The notes: a model not told the origin generated them from the sequence alone. Numbered from the stretch's first letter, positions 9,838 through 19,049 are shown. The stretch: 26,677 nt of DNA from Coriobacteriia bacterium (GCA_030598125.1 JAUVQN010000001.1:1-26677); one strand, 5' to 3'. Made by a program: numbers and translations.

Positions 9838-9866
9838 TGGACGGCCCGATAGTGAGCGGCTATACT
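9838..9866 (+). promoter_or_regulatory. Housekeeping-sigma promoter for infA and the alpha cluster
   Basis: TGGACG (9838-9843), 17 nt, then TATACT (9861-9866) in the map-infA spacer. Confidence 0.7.
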
Positions 9867-9911
9867 ACGCATTTGCGGATTCAGGCCAGGTAGAGCAAGG
9901 AGAACCGGGAT

Positions 9912-10133
9912 TTGTCGACGCGTGAGGACGCCATAGAGATGGAGGGCACCGTCGTCGAGCCACTCCCGAACGCGATGTTCAGGGTGGAACTCGAGAACGG
10001 CCACAAGGTGCTCGCACACATCTCTGGCAAGATGCGGATGCACTATATCCGGATCCTGCCGGGCGACAAGGTGACGGTGGAGCTGTCGCCGTACGATCTC
10101 ACGCGAGGGCGGATCACGTACCGTTTCAAGTAG
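9912..10133 (+). CDS. infA: Translation initiation factor IF-1 (TTG start)
   Basis: [64 protein letters not shown]; SD AAGGAG. Confidence 0.99.
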   Translation: MSTREDAIEMEGTVVEPLPNAMFRVELENGHKVLAHISGKMRMHYIRILPGDKVTVELSPYDLTRGRITYRFK

Positions 10134-10280
10134 GCGTGCGGCTCACCGAAGGGGTCGTGGACACGCCCGGGGCCGTGGCAGGACTGCCGAGCGTGAAGCA
10201 CGAGTGAGGAAACCGAACACCTGCGGCTGGGTGTGAGCATAGACACCGCGACAAGCGGTACGGAAGGACGAAGAACCGCG

Positions 10281-10394
10281 ATGAAGGTACGTCCATCAGT
10301 GAAGAAGATGTGTGACAAATGCAAGATCATCCGTCGCAACGGACGAGTGATCGTGATCTGCGACAACCCGCGCCACAAGCAGCGCCAGGGTTAG
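10281..10394 (+). CDS. rpmJ: 50S ribosomal protein L36 (37 aa; absent from the ORF track)
   Basis: Hand translation from ATG 10281 gives [37 protein letters not shown], with TAG at 10392-10394. Confidence 0.99.
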   Translation: MKVRPSVKKMCDKCKIIRRNGRVIVICDNPRHKQRQG

Positions 10395-10414
10395 TCGGGA
10401 AGGAGACACTCTAG

Positions 10415-10789
10415 GTGGCGCGAATCGCAGGCGTCGACCTGCCCCGCGAGAAGCGGGTGGAGGTCGGACTGACCTACATCTTCGGGATCGGGCTCGCCAC
10501 GAGCCAGACAATCCTGCGCGAGACGGGCGTAGACTCCGACACGCGCGTGCGCGATCTGACGGAGGAAGAAGTCGTCAGACTGCGTGAGTACATCGATCGC
10601 AACCTGCAGGTCGAGGGAGACCTCAGGCGTGAGGTCAGCCAGAACATCAAGCGCCTCATGGAGATCGGCTGCTACCGGGGCCTCAGGCACCGCCGTGGTC
10701 TCCCCGTGAGGGGCCAGCGCACCCACACGAACGCGCGCTCCCGCAAGGGTCCGCGTCAGCAGATCGGCGCGAAGAAGAGGAGCAAGTAG
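10415..10789 (+). CDS. rpsM: 30S ribosomal protein S13 (GTG start)
   Basis: [18 protein letters not shown] and [23 protein letters not shown]. Confidence 0.99.
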   Translation: MARIAGVDLPREKRVEVGLTYIFGIGLATSQTILRETGVDSDTRVRDLTEEEVVRLREYIDRNLQVEGDLRREVSQNIKRLMEIGCYRGLRHRRGLPVRGQRTHTNARSRKGPRQQIGAKKRSK

Positions 10790-10793
10790 CAGC

Positions 10794-11192
10794 ATGGCCA
10801 AGAAGAAAGGCGCCAAGGGACGCGTCAAGCGGAGCGAGCGCAAGAACGTCGCCGTCGGCCAGGCGCACATCCGCAGCACGTTCAACAACACGATCATCAC
10901 GATCACGGACCTGCAGGGGAACGTCATCGCGTGGCAGTCCGCGGGCACGGCCGGGTTCAAGGGCTCCCGCAAGTCAACGCCGTTCGCCGCGCAGCTGGCG
11001 GCCGAGACGTGCGCCAAGGAAGCGCAGGAGCACGGCGTGCGCAAGATCTCGGTCTTCGTCAAGGGACCGGGCTCAGGTCGCGAGACGGCGATCCGGACCC
11101 TGCAGGCCGCCGGACTCGAGATCACCAGCATCCAGGACAAGACGCCCGTGCCGCACAACGGTTGCCGGCAGCGGAAGCGTCGTCGCGTCTAG
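10794..11192 (+). CDS. rpsK: 30S ribosomal protein S11
   Basis: [33 protein letters not shown] and PVPHNGCR. Confidence 0.99.
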   Translation: MAKKKGAKGRVKRSERKNVAVGQAHIRSTFNNTIITITDLQGNVIAWQSAGTAGFKGSRKSTPFAAQLAAETCAKEAQEHGVRKISVFVKGPGSGRETAIRTLQAAGLEITSIQDKTPVPHNGCRQRKRRRV

Positions 11193-11216
11193 ACCCATCG
11201 GAGGGTACTGAACCAT

Positions 11217-11843
11217 ATGGCACGTTACACTGGGGCGGACTGCAAGCTGTGCCGCCGTGAGGGCATCAAGCTGTTTCTGAAGGGGGACCGCTGCTACAGC
11301 GACAAGTGCGCTGTGGAGCGTCGCCCGAAGCCTCCGGGGGAGGGTGGCCGCCGCCGGCCACGCGACTCGGAGTACCGCGTGCAGTTGCGTGAGAAGCAGC
11401 GCGCCAAGAGAGTCTACGGTGTGCTCGAGGCGCAGTTCCGCAACTACTACGCGCTCGCGACCCGGCAGAAGGGGATCACGGGTGAGAACCTCCTGAGGCT
11501 GCTGGAGAGCCGGCTCGACAATGTCGTGTACCGGCTGGGCTTCGCCGCTTCTCGGGACGAGGCCCGTCAACTCGTGCGGCACGGCCACTTCCGTGTGGAC
11601 GGTCGGCGGGTGGACATCCCGTCGTATCGTGTGCGCCCGGGAGAGGTGATCTCCGTCGGCGAGAAGGCGAAGGATTTCGGTGTCGTGAAAGCGGCCATCA
11701 TCTCCTCGGCCAAGGTCGAGGTACCAGGCTGGCTCGAGGTCGACGTCGAGAACCTCAAGGGCACCGTCCTGTCTCTCCCCACGAGAGACCAGATCGACCT
11801 GCCCGTCCGGGAGCAGCTCATCGTCGAGCTCTACTCCAAGTAG
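11217..11843 (+). CDS. rpsD: 30S ribosomal protein S4 (Cys-containing form)
   Basis: [24 protein letters not shown]...[21 protein letters not shown] and ARQLVRHGH. Confidence 0.99.
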   Translation: MARYTGADCKLCRREGIKLFLKGDRCYSDKCAVERRPKPPGEGGRRRPRDSEYRVQLREKQRAKRVYGVLEAQFRNYYALATRQKGITGENLLRLLESRLDNVVYRLGFAASRDEARQLVRHGHFRVDGRRVDIPSYRVRPGEVISVGEKAKDFGVVKAAIISSAKVEVPGWLEVDVENLKGTVLSLPTRDQIDLPVREQLIVELYSK

Positions 11844-11873
11844 AGCCACGACGCAGCCAAGGAGGCTTCGCAC

Positions 11874-12812
11874 ATGACCGAGTTCATGAGGCCGGAGGTT
11901 TCGGTCGACACGATCGACGAGCGCACCGCGCGCTACGTCGTCGAGCCGCTCGAACGCGGCTTCGGCTACACCCTCGGCAACTGTATGCGCCGCGTGCTGC
12001 TGTCGTCGCTTCCCGGTGTCGCGGTCACGTCGATACGGGTCGAGGGAGTGCAGCACGAGTTCTCGACCATCGAGGGCGTCCGCGAGGACGTGACGGACGT
12101 CGTGCTCAACGTCAAGGGACTCGCCTTCCGCGACACCGGTATCGGAGAGGGTGACGCGGTCGCCACGCTCTCCGTCAAAGGCGCCGCCACGGTGACCGGG
12201 GCGGACCTCGAGGTCCCGTCCGAGTTCGAGCTCGTCAACCCCGAGCACGTCATCGCGACGCTCGGCAAGGGCGCGACGCTCGAGATGAGTCTCAGGATCG
12301 GCAAGGGGCGCGGCTACGTCTCGGCCGATCGCAACAAGCAGGAAGACGATCCGCTCGGCGTGATCACGGTGGACTCGCTGTTCAGCCCGGTCAGCCGTTG
12401 CACGTACGTCGTCGAGAACACCCGCGTTGGTCAGCGTACGGACTACGATCGTCTGACCCTCGAGGTGGAGACGAACCGGGCGATGGATCCGGGCGACGCC
12501 GTCGCTCACGCGGCGCACATCATCAACGAGCACATGGCGGTCTTCGTCGAACAGGCGCTGGCTCCGATCTCCGAGGATGAGATCTTCGCGGCGGTGCCCG
12601 ACGAGTCCGAGAGCCTCTTGGACATGCCGATCGAGGATCTCGAGCTGTCCGTGCGCTCGTACAACTGCCTCAAGCGCCAGGGCGTGAACAGCGTAGGCCA
12701 GCTCGCGGAGTGCACGGAGGCCGACCTTCTCAACATCCGCAACTTCGGTGCGAAGTCCATCGAGGAAGTCAAAGACAAGCTCCAGCAGGTCGGCCTGGGC
12801 TTGAAGCAGTAG
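11874..12812 (+). CDS. rpoA: DNA-directed RNA polymerase subunit alpha
   Basis: [37 protein letters not shown], and alpha[19 protein letters not shown]...NFGAKS. Confidence 0.99.
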   Translation: MTEFMRPEVSVDTIDERTARYVVEPLERGFGYTLGNCMRRVLLSSLPGVAVTSIRVEGVQHEFSTIEGVREDVTDVVLNVKGLAFRDTGIGEGDAVATLSVKGAATVTGADLEVPSEFELVNPEHVIATLGKGATLEMSLRIGKGRGYVSADRNKQEDDPLGVITVDSLFSPVSRCTYVVENTRVGQRTDYDRLTLEVETNRAMDPGDAVAHAAHIINEHMAVFVEQALAPISEDEIFAAVPDESESLLDMPIEDLELSVRSYNCLKRQGVNSVGQLAECTEADLLNIRNFGAKSIEEVKDKLQQVGLGLKQ

Positions 12813-12825
12813 GAGAAGAGACTGC

Positions 12826-13179
12826 ATGAGACACGCGAAGAAGGGCCGCAAGCTCGGCAGCGACGCCAGCCATCGTAAGGCGATGCTGAGGAGTCTTGCC
12901 ATGGCCGTGCTGGAGAACGAGCGCATCAAGACCACCGAGGCTCGCGCCAAGGAGGTCTCGCCGCTCGTCGAGAGGATCATCACGTGGGGCAAGGATGGCG
13001 ACGTCCACGCTCGCAGGCTCGCTCTGGCGGAACTCGGGGACCGGGACCTGACCCACAAGGTCTTCGAGGACATCGCCGAGCGCTACGAGGACCGGCAGGG
13101 CGGCTACACCCGCATCCTCAAGCTCGGCCCCCGGAAGGGCGATGCCGCACCGATGGTCATCCTGGAGCTCGTGGACTGA
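12826..13179 (+). CDS. rplQ: 50S ribosomal protein L17
   Basis: [11 protein letters not shown]...[16 protein letters not shown] and [19 protein letters not shown]. Confidence 0.99.
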   Translation: MRHAKKGRKLGSDASHRKAMLRSLAMAVLENERIKTTEARAKEVSPLVERIITWGKDGDVHARRLALAELGDRDLTHKVFEDIAERYEDRQGGYTRILKLGPRKGDAAPMVILELVD

Positions 13180-13248
13180 TAGGCCGCGACGTCCGAAGGC
13201 GCGGGGGCCTCGTCCGCTACCGTGCGAGGACCGTACATCGATCGAGCC

Positions 13249-13275
13249 AGGGCCCCGCTGCCGGCGGGGCCCTTC
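13249..13275 (+). terminator. Terminator-like hairpin closing the ribosomal superoperon
   Basis: Perfect 10-bp stem AGGGCCCCGC (13249-13258) / GCGGGGCCCT (13264-13273) with a 5-nt loop. The U-tract is weak (TTCC). Confidence 0.6.
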
Positions 13276-13348
13276 CATCGTCCGGGATGCGGACCGTGCG
13301 GGCTGCTGTGCCGCCGCAGGCCTGCGATGCGTGTGGGAGAATCGCAGC

Positions 13349-14170
13349 ATGATCCGCTTCGAGGCCGTCACCTTCGAGTACCAGACCGCCGAGGGCCCCA
13401 TTCCCGCCGTATCCGATGTGGATCTCGCGGTGGGGCGAGGCGAGTTCGTCGCGGTCGTGGGCGCGAACGGGTCCGGCAAGTCTACCTTCGCTCGACTCTG
13501 CGACGGGCTGCTCGTCCCGACCAGGGGGCGAGTCGTCGTGGATGACCTCGACACGCGCGACGCGGACGCCGTATGGGAGGTTCGGGCGCGCGTGGGCTTC
13601 GTGATGCAGAATCCCGACAACCAGATCGTGGGAGCCAGCGTGGAGGACGACGCCGCGTTCGGTCCCGAGAACCTCGGTCTGCCGCGCGCCGAGATCGCCG
13701 GGAGGGTGGCCGGCGCGCTGTCCGCGACCGGTCTGACGGGCCTGGAGCGATCCGAGCCCCACCTGCTGTCCGAGGGTCAGAAGCAGCGCCTGGCCATCGC
13801 TGGGACACTCGCTATGCACCCGGACTACGTCGTCTTCGACGAGGCGACCTCGATGCTCGACGCGGCAGGACGGGAAGACGTCCTTGCGATTGTGGAGCGC
13901 CTGGCCCGAGCGTCGGGCACGGGCGTGGTCCTCGTCACGCATCGAGTGGCGGAAGCGGTCCGTGCCGACCGCGTCGTGGGACTGGCTGCCGGCCGCGTGA
14001 TCTTCGATGGTGAGCCGGCCGCCCTTCTCGGCGACGAGAACGCCGTATCGCGTCTCTCCCTCGACGTGCCGGCCTCGAGCGCGATCGCCGCTGAGCTTCG
14101 GACCCGCGGCATCGATATCCCGCCGGGCGTGGCGACCCCCGAGGCGCTGGTGGAGGCGTTGTGGCTCTGA
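13349..14170 (+). CDS. ecfA1: ECF transporter ATPase EcfA1 (273 aa)
   Basis: ATG at 13349. Walker A GANGSGKST, Q-loop MQNPDNQIVG, signature LSEGQKQR, Walker B VVFDEATSMLD and H-loop VTH. Confidence 0.93.
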   Translation: MIRFEAVTFEYQTAEGPIPAVSDVDLAVGRGEFVAVVGANGSGKSTFARLCDGLLVPTRGRVVVDDLDTRDADAVWEVRARVGFVMQNPDNQIVGASVEDDAAFGPENLGLPRAEIAGRVAGALSATGLTGLERSEPHLLSEGQKQRLAIAGTLAMHPDYVVFDEATSMLDAAGREDVLAIVERLARASGTGVVLVTHRVAEAVRADRVVGLAAGRVIFDGEPAALLGDENAVSRLSLDVPASSAIAAELRTRGIDIPPGVATPEALVEALWL

Positions 14171-15015
14171 GGCTGACAGACGTCGGTCACGTCTACGGCG
14201 AGGGGACGCCGTGGGCCTCGCGGGCGCTCGAGGGCGTGGACCTCGAACTCGAGCGCGGCGAGCTGGCGCTGGTGTTGGGTCCCACCGGGTCCGGCAAGTC
14301 CACCCTGATGCTCGCGGCCGCCGGTCTGCTCGATCCCACCGAGGGCACCGTGGCGTGCGACGGTCGTCCAGCGGGCAAGGACGGCTTCGGCGGGCTCGTG
14401 GGCCTCGTCTTCCAGGACCCGGAGGCACAGCTGTTCGCTGAGACCGTGCTGGAGGATGTCGCGTTCGGGCCGCGCAACCTCGGCGTTTCGGACGAGGAAG
14501 CCCGGGAGGTCGCTCGTGACGCGCTATCCCGTGTGGGACTCGACCCGGGTCTCTACGAGCAGCGCTCGCCCTTCGCGCTGTCGGGAGGGGAGGCTCGGCG
14601 CGCCGCGATCGCCGGTGTGATGGCGATGGGTGCCCCCTACCTCCTTCTCGACGAGCCCACGGCCGGTCTCGACGCGGACGGCCGCTCGCGTGTGCGCTCG
14701 ATCGTGGCCGAGGCGCGGAAGGACTCCGGCGTGCTCGTCGTGACGCACGACGCCGAGGCGTTCCTCGGCCAGGCTGATCGCCTCGTCGTCCTCGAGGGCG
14801 GAAGTGTACTCCGGGCGGGCGACGTCGCCGACGTCGTGTCGGATTCCGAGACGCCGGGCACGGACCGTCTCGCCTGGCCGGACGTCGTACGCGTCCAATG
14901 GCTCGCGCGCGCGCATGCCCTCCCCCCGGGAGGATCCGAGCTCGAGCTTCCGCCCGCGCTCGATGTCGCCGAAGCCGCTGCGCGGCTCGCACGCGTTGTG
15001 GGGGCGGGGCGATGA
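14161..15015 (+). CDS. ecfA2: ECF transporter ATPase EcfA2 (GTG start overlapping ecfA1)
   Basis: N-terminal VYGEGTPW..RAL typical of EcfA2, GPTGSGKST, FQDPEAQLFAETV, SPFALSGGEARR and LLDEPTAGLD. Confidence 0.93.
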   Translation: MALRLTDVGHVYGEGTPWASRALEGVDLELERGELALVLGPTGSGKSTLMLAAAGLLDPTEGTVACDGRPAGKDGFGGLVGLVFQDPEAQLFAETVLEDVAFGPRNLGVSDEEAREVARDALSRVGLDPGLYEQRSPFALSGGEARRAAIAGVMAMGAPYLLLDEPTAGLDADGRSRVRSIVAEARKDSGVLVVTHDAEAFLGQADRLVVLEGGSVLRAGDVADVVSDSETPGTDRLAWPDVVRVQWLARAHALPPGGSELELPPALDVAEAAARLARVVGAGR

Positions 15016-15809
15016 GGGTCGTCGGCGACATCGGGCAGTACGTGCCGGTCGACTCGCCCCTCCACCGGACGGATGCGGCCGCGAAGATCGTGCTCACTGC
15101 CGTCTTCGCAGTCTCCCTCTTCGCGGTGCAGAGCTTCGTCGGGCTGGCCGTCCAGACGATGATCGTGGCGATCGCGGTGGCCATGTCGCGGGTTCCCGCG
15201 CGGATCGCATTCCGGGGCGTGCGCACGGTCGCGGTCATTCTCCTCTTCACGCTGCTGCTTCATGCGCTGGAGTGGAAGTCGGCAGAGGCGGCTCTCGTCC
15301 GGATCGGGCCCTTCTCAGTGACCGCCGATGGCCTGGCGGACGGCGTCTTCTTCTCCTGGCGGATCGTGCTCCTCGTCGTCGGCACGTCGCTGCTCGCGTT
15401 GACCACGGCGCCGGTCCAGCTCACGGACGGGCTGGAGCGTCTCTTGCGCCCGCTCGCGGTGCTTCGCGTCCCGGTGCACGATCTCGCGATGATGCTCTCG
15501 ATCGCCCTGAGGTTCATCCCGGCGACCGTCTCGGAGGCGGACAAGGTGATCACCGCGCAGGTAGCCAGGGGCGCGCGCATCGGGCGTGGCGGGCCTGTGG
15601 CTCGCGTCCGGTCCTACGTGCCCGTGCTCGTTCCGGTCTTCGTCGGCCTGTTCAGGCGGGCGGACGAACTCGCCATCGCGCTCGACGCGCGCTGCTACCG
15701 GGGCGCCGTCGGGCGGACGCGCTACCGGGAGCGCCGGATGGGCGTCTCGGATTGGGTCGCACTCGCCGCAGGAGTCGCGGTGTTTGCCGTCGTAGGGATC
15801 CTGCTGTGA
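15012..15809 (+). CDS. ecfT: ECF transporter transmembrane coupling subunit EcfT (265 aa)
   Basis: ATG overlaps the ecfA2 stop. GQYVP.DSPLHR.D...K, SIALRFIP, and coupling-helix motifs QVARGA and ALDARCY. Confidence 0.93.
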   Translation: MRVVGDIGQYVPVDSPLHRTDAAAKIVLTAVFAVSLFAVQSFVGLAVQTMIVAIAVAMSRVPARIAFRGVRTVAVILLFTLLLHALEWKSAEAALVRIGPFSVTADGLADGVFFSWRIVLLVVGTSLLALTTAPVQLTDGLERLLRPLAVLRVPVHDLAMMLSIALRFIPATVSEADKVITAQVARGARIGRGGPVARVRSYVPVLVPVFVGLFRRADELAIALDARCYRGAVGRTRYRERRMGVSDWVALAAGVAVFAVVGILL

Positions 15810-16588
15810 AGCAAGCGAACGACGTCGTCGCGCTGACCGTCGCGTACGACGGTGCGCCCTTCGCCGGCTTCCAGTCACAACCGGGGCTCGAGACGGTGCA
15901 GGGACGGCTGGAGGCGGCGCTCGAGATCGCGCTCGGGGTGCCGGTGCACGTGACCTGCGCCGGCAGGACGGACGCCGGGGTCCACGCACGGGCGCAGGTC
16001 GTGAGTTTCACGTCGACGGGGCACGAACCGGAACCGGCTCGTCTCTCGCGGTCCCTGAACGCGTTGGCCGGACCGCATATCGCCGTCCGGCAGGTGAGGC
16101 GAGCCGTCGCGTCCTTCGATGCACGCCACTCCGCGATCGGGAGGCGGTATCGCTATCTGATCGTCGACCTACCCTCGCCGCCGGTCGCCTTGAAGGACAG
16201 GTCGTGGTGGGTGAAGCGATCGCTCGACGTCGAAGCCATGCGCGAGGCTTCGCGCGTCCTGCTCGGCCGCCACGACTTCGCTTCGTTCTGCGTCGCTGAG
16301 AGCGCACGCGAACAGCCCACGATGCGCGAGATCACGATGCTCGAGCTCGAGCGTGTCTCTGAGCTCGGCGAAGAGTGTCTGGAGCTCACGGTGGAGGGGC
16401 GTTCGTTCCTCCATTCGATGGTGCGGGTGATCACCGGCAGCCTCGTCGAGGTGGGGAAGGGCCGGCGGGACGCCGCGTGGCTCGAAGCCGCACTCGAGGC
16501 CGCCGAGCGTTCGGCCGCCGGTCCGACGAGCCCCGCGCGCGGACTCACGCTGTGGAGCGTGTCCTACCCAGAGGATGTATGGCGGTAG
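15806..16588 (+). CDS. truA: tRNA pseudouridine(38-40) synthase TruA (260 aa)
   Basis: GTG at 15806 overlaps the ecfT stop. VAYDG..F.GFQ.QPG, catalytic AGRTDAGVHA, LLGRHDFASF and SFLHSMVR. Confidence 0.97.
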   Translation: MKQANDVVALTVAYDGAPFAGFQSQPGLETVQGRLEAALEIALGVPVHVTCAGRTDAGVHARAQVVSFTSTGHEPEPARLSRSLNALAGPHIAVRQVRRAVASFDARHSAIGRRYRYLIVDLPSPPVALKDRSWWVKRSLDVEAMREASRVLLGRHDFASFCVAESAREQPTMREITMLELERVSELGEECLELTVEGRSFLHSMVRVITGSLVEVGKGRRDAAWLEAALEAAERSAAGPTSPARGLTLWSVSYPEDVWR

Positions 16589-16628
16589 CGGGCCGGTCCG
16601 GCGTGGATGGACACGCCCGGCGGCGTTG

Positions 16629-16657
16629 TTGACACCCGAGAAACCCCTGGATATAGT
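16629..16657 (+). promoter_or_regulatory. Near-consensus housekeeping-sigma promoter for rplM-rpsI
   Basis: TTGACA (16629-16634), 17 nt, then TATAGT (16652-16657). Confidence 0.9.
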
Positions 16658-16663
16658 GGTTGG

Positions 16664-16739
16664 GTTCGCCCGAGGAGCCCCCCGGGTGATTCATGCATGA
16701 TCACATCGCTGAGCAGCGAGAACCTCGGTGGAGGATGCA
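16664..16739 (+). promoter_or_regulatory. Structured 5' leader of rplM, a candidate ribosomal-protein leader
   Basis: CCGAGG (16670-16675) / CCTCGG (16723-16728) closes two hairpins (16686-16704 and 16706-16719) and abuts the SD GGAGG (16730-16734). Confidence 0.45.
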
Positions 16740-17174
16740 GTGAGGACGTATCAGGCCAAGCCGGGCGAAGTGGCCCGCGAATGGCTCGTGATAGACGCGA
16801 CGGATGTGGCGCTCGGACGGCTCGCGAGTCGGGCAGCCGTCATCCTTCGCGGCAAGCACAAGCCGCAGTACACGCCGCACGTGGACACGGGCGACTACGT
16901 GATCGTGGTCAACGCCTCGAAGCTCAAGCTCACGGGTAACAAGCTCGAGGACAAGAAGAAGTATCGCTACTCCGGCTATCCGGGCGGGCTCAAGGTCACG
17001 CCCATCTCGAAGCTGATGGCCGAGCGTCCCGAGAGGGTCGTGGAGGGTGCCGTCAAGGGCATGCTGCCCAAGAACACCCTCGGCCGCGCGATGCGCAAGA
17101 AGCTCAAGGTCTACGCCGGTCCGGACCATCCGCACGCGGCGCAGAACCCGCGACCGATCGACTTGGAGGCGTAA
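16740..17174 (+). CDS. rplM: 50S ribosomal protein L13 (144 aa, GTG start)
   Basis: GTG at 16740 lies 5 nt after [43 protein letters not shown] and [15 protein letters not shown]. Confidence 0.99.
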   Translation: MRTYQAKPGEVAREWLVIDATDVALGRLASRAAVILRGKHKPQYTPHVDTGDYVIVVNASKLKLTGNKLEDKKKYRYSGYPGGLKVTPISKLMAERPERVVEGAVKGMLPKNTLGRAMRKKLKVYAGPDHPHAAQNPRPIDLEA

Positions 17175-17176
17175 AT

Positions 17177-17572
17177 ATGGCTGACGAGGCCGTCTATCAG
17201 GGCACCGGCCGGCGGAAGAATGCCGTCGCGCGCGTGCGCCTGAAGCCCGGCACAGGGCTCTACGAGATCAACGGTCGTCAGTTGGACGACTACTTCGGGC
17301 GCAAGATCCTCCATACCTACGTGGAACAGCCGTTCAGGGTGACGGAGACCGTCGACAGGTTCGACGTGTTCGCCCGCATCCACGGGGGCGGCTCATCGGG
17401 ACAGACGGGGGCGCTCCGTCTCGGGATCGCTCGCGCGCTCCTCGAGGCCGGCGACGACTACCGCACGGAGCTCAAGAAGGCCGGGCTGCTCGAGCGCGAC
17501 TCGCGCATGGTGGAGCGCAAGAAGTACGGGCTCCGCAAGGCCAGGAAGCGGCCGCAGTTCTCCAAGCGCTAG
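17177..17572 (+). CDS. rpsI: 30S ribosomal protein S9
   Basis: [30 protein letters not shown] and [25 protein letters not shown]. Confidence 0.99.
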   Translation: MADEAVYQGTGRRKNAVARVRLKPGTGLYEINGRQLDDYFGRKILHTYVEQPFRVTETVDRFDVFARIHGGGSSGQTGALRLGIARALLEAGDDYRTELKKAGLLERDSRMVERKKYGLRKARKRPQFSKR

Positions 17573-17593
17573 GTTCGCCATAGGACGATCACG

Positions 17594-17625
17594 AGAGGAG
17601 GTCCACCGGATGGTGGGCCTCTTCT
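17594..17625 (+). terminator. Terminator-like hairpin after rpsI
   Basis: 14-bp stem AGAGGAGGTCCACC / GGTGGGCCTCTTCT (2 G-U pairs) with loop GGAT. No run of Ts follows. Confidence 0.6.
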
Positions 17626-17649
17626 GCACGAAGGGATGGGGAGCAGACG

Positions 17650-18984
17650 ATGACACGACTGTTCGGCACGGACGGCGTGCGAGGTGTCGCCAACGCGGAG
17701 CTCACTCCGGAGCTCGCGTTCTCGCTCGGTGAGGCGGCCGGTCACTTCCTCGGACAGGGAGGTCGCGGCAGCATCGTGGTGGGCAGAGACACCCGCCGCT
17801 CCGGCGACATGCTCGAAGCTGCGCTCGTGGCCGGCATCTGCTCGGGCGGTGCGGATGCACTGCTCGCGGACGTCATACCGACCCCGGCCGTCGCCTTCCT
17901 CACCACCGAGCTCGGCGCCGACGGGGGCGTGGTGATCTCCGCCTCGCACAACCCCGCGGAGTACAACGGTATCAAGTTCTTCGACCGCGAGGGCTACAAG
18001 CTCCCCGACGAGGTCGAGGATGAGATCGAGAGCTTCGTGGGCGACGAGCGTGACTGGGAGCGCCCGGTGGGCGGTGCAGTGGGCCAGGTGGTCCGCTTGG
18101 GCGACGCCGTCGAGCGCTACGTGGAGCACGCCTCGGGCGTGGCCGAAGGGGGCCTTTCCGGACTCAAGGTAGCCGCGGACTGTGGCCACGGGGCGGCGTC
18201 CGAGACGACGCCTCTGGCGCTGCGGGGTCTCGGAGCCGAGGTCGTGGAGATCAACTGCGAGTGGGACGGCATGGACATCAACCGCGAGTGCGGATCCACT
18301 CACGTGGATGTCGTCAGCTCGCTCGTGCTCGATTCAGGGGCGGACATCGGGATCGCCCACGACGGCGATGCCGACCGGGTGATCGCCGTGGACGATCTCG
18401 GCGAGACGGTCGACGGAGACATGATGATGGCGATCTGCGCGGTAGACCTCCACGAGCGCGGATCGCTCGCCGAGGACACTGTCGTCTGCACGGTCATGAG
18501 CAACATGGGCTTCGAGGTCGCGATGCGTGAGCTCGGGATCAACGTGATCCGGACGAAGGTAGGCGATCGCTACGTGCTGGACGGCATGCGGCTGGCCGGG
18601 GCATCTCTCGGAGGTGAGCAGTCGGGCCACATCATCTTCGGCGAGCACAGCACCACCGGCGACGGCCTCGTGACGGCACTCAGTGTCCTGGACACGATGC
18701 GGAGGACGGGCAAGCCGCTCTCGGAGCTCAAGACCGTCATGCGCCGATACCCGCAGTTCCTCGAGAACGTCCCCGTCGCCGACACGGCTCGTTTCGGTAC
18801 GAGCGTCGCGATCACGGACGGCGTCCACGCGGCGGAACAGGAGCTCGGCGATCGTGGTCGCGTGCTCGTGCGGCCGTCAGGCACGGAGCCCCTCGTACGC
18901 GTGATGGTCGAGGCTGAGGACGAGGCCACGGCGCGCGAGGTGGCGCAGCGCCTCTCGGCCGTCGTGCGCGACGAACTCGCGTGA
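17650..18984 (+). CDS. glmM: Phosphoglucosamine mutase
   Basis: LFGTDGVRG, active-site ISASHNP..YNGIKFF, metal loop DGDADR, GGEQSGH and RPSGTEPLVRVMVE. Confidence 0.98.
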   Translation: MTRLFGTDGVRGVANAELTPELAFSLGEAAGHFLGQGGRGSIVVGRDTRRSGDMLEAALVAGICSGGADALLADVIPTPAVAFLTTELGADGGVVISASHNPAEYNGIKFFDREGYKLPDEVEDEIESFVGDERDWERPVGGAVGQVVRLGDAVERYVEHASGVAEGGLSGLKVAADCGHGAASETTPLALRGLGAEVVEINCEWDGMDINRECGSTHVDVVSSLVLDSGADIGIAHDGDADRVIAVDDLGETVDGDMMMAICAVDLHERGSLAEDTVVCTVMSNMGFEVAMRELGINVIRTKVGDRYVLDGMRLAGASLGGEQSGHIIFGEHSTTGDGLVTALSVLDTMRRTGKPLSELKTVMRRYPQFLENVPVADTARFGTSVAITDGVHAAEQELGDRGRVLVRPSGTEPLVRVMVEAEDEATAREVAQRLSAVVRDELA

Positions 18985-19049
18985 CGCGCGGCGCGTTCGC
19001 GCCGTTGACGAGCCGTTGCCACGCGACCGATGTCCGTCGCGCCACCCAC

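Noticed and set aside
13334-13349. TG-g-GAGAAT as an extended -10 for a leaderless ecfA1 mRNA
   Set aside because: It lacks the highly conserved first T of the -10 hexamer, and the same bases serve as a plausible SD (GGGAGA).
18989-19004. CGGCGC/GCGCCG hairpin after glmM as a terminator
   Set aside because: It has only a 6-bp stem with two following Ts, which is too weak to call in GC-rich DNA.
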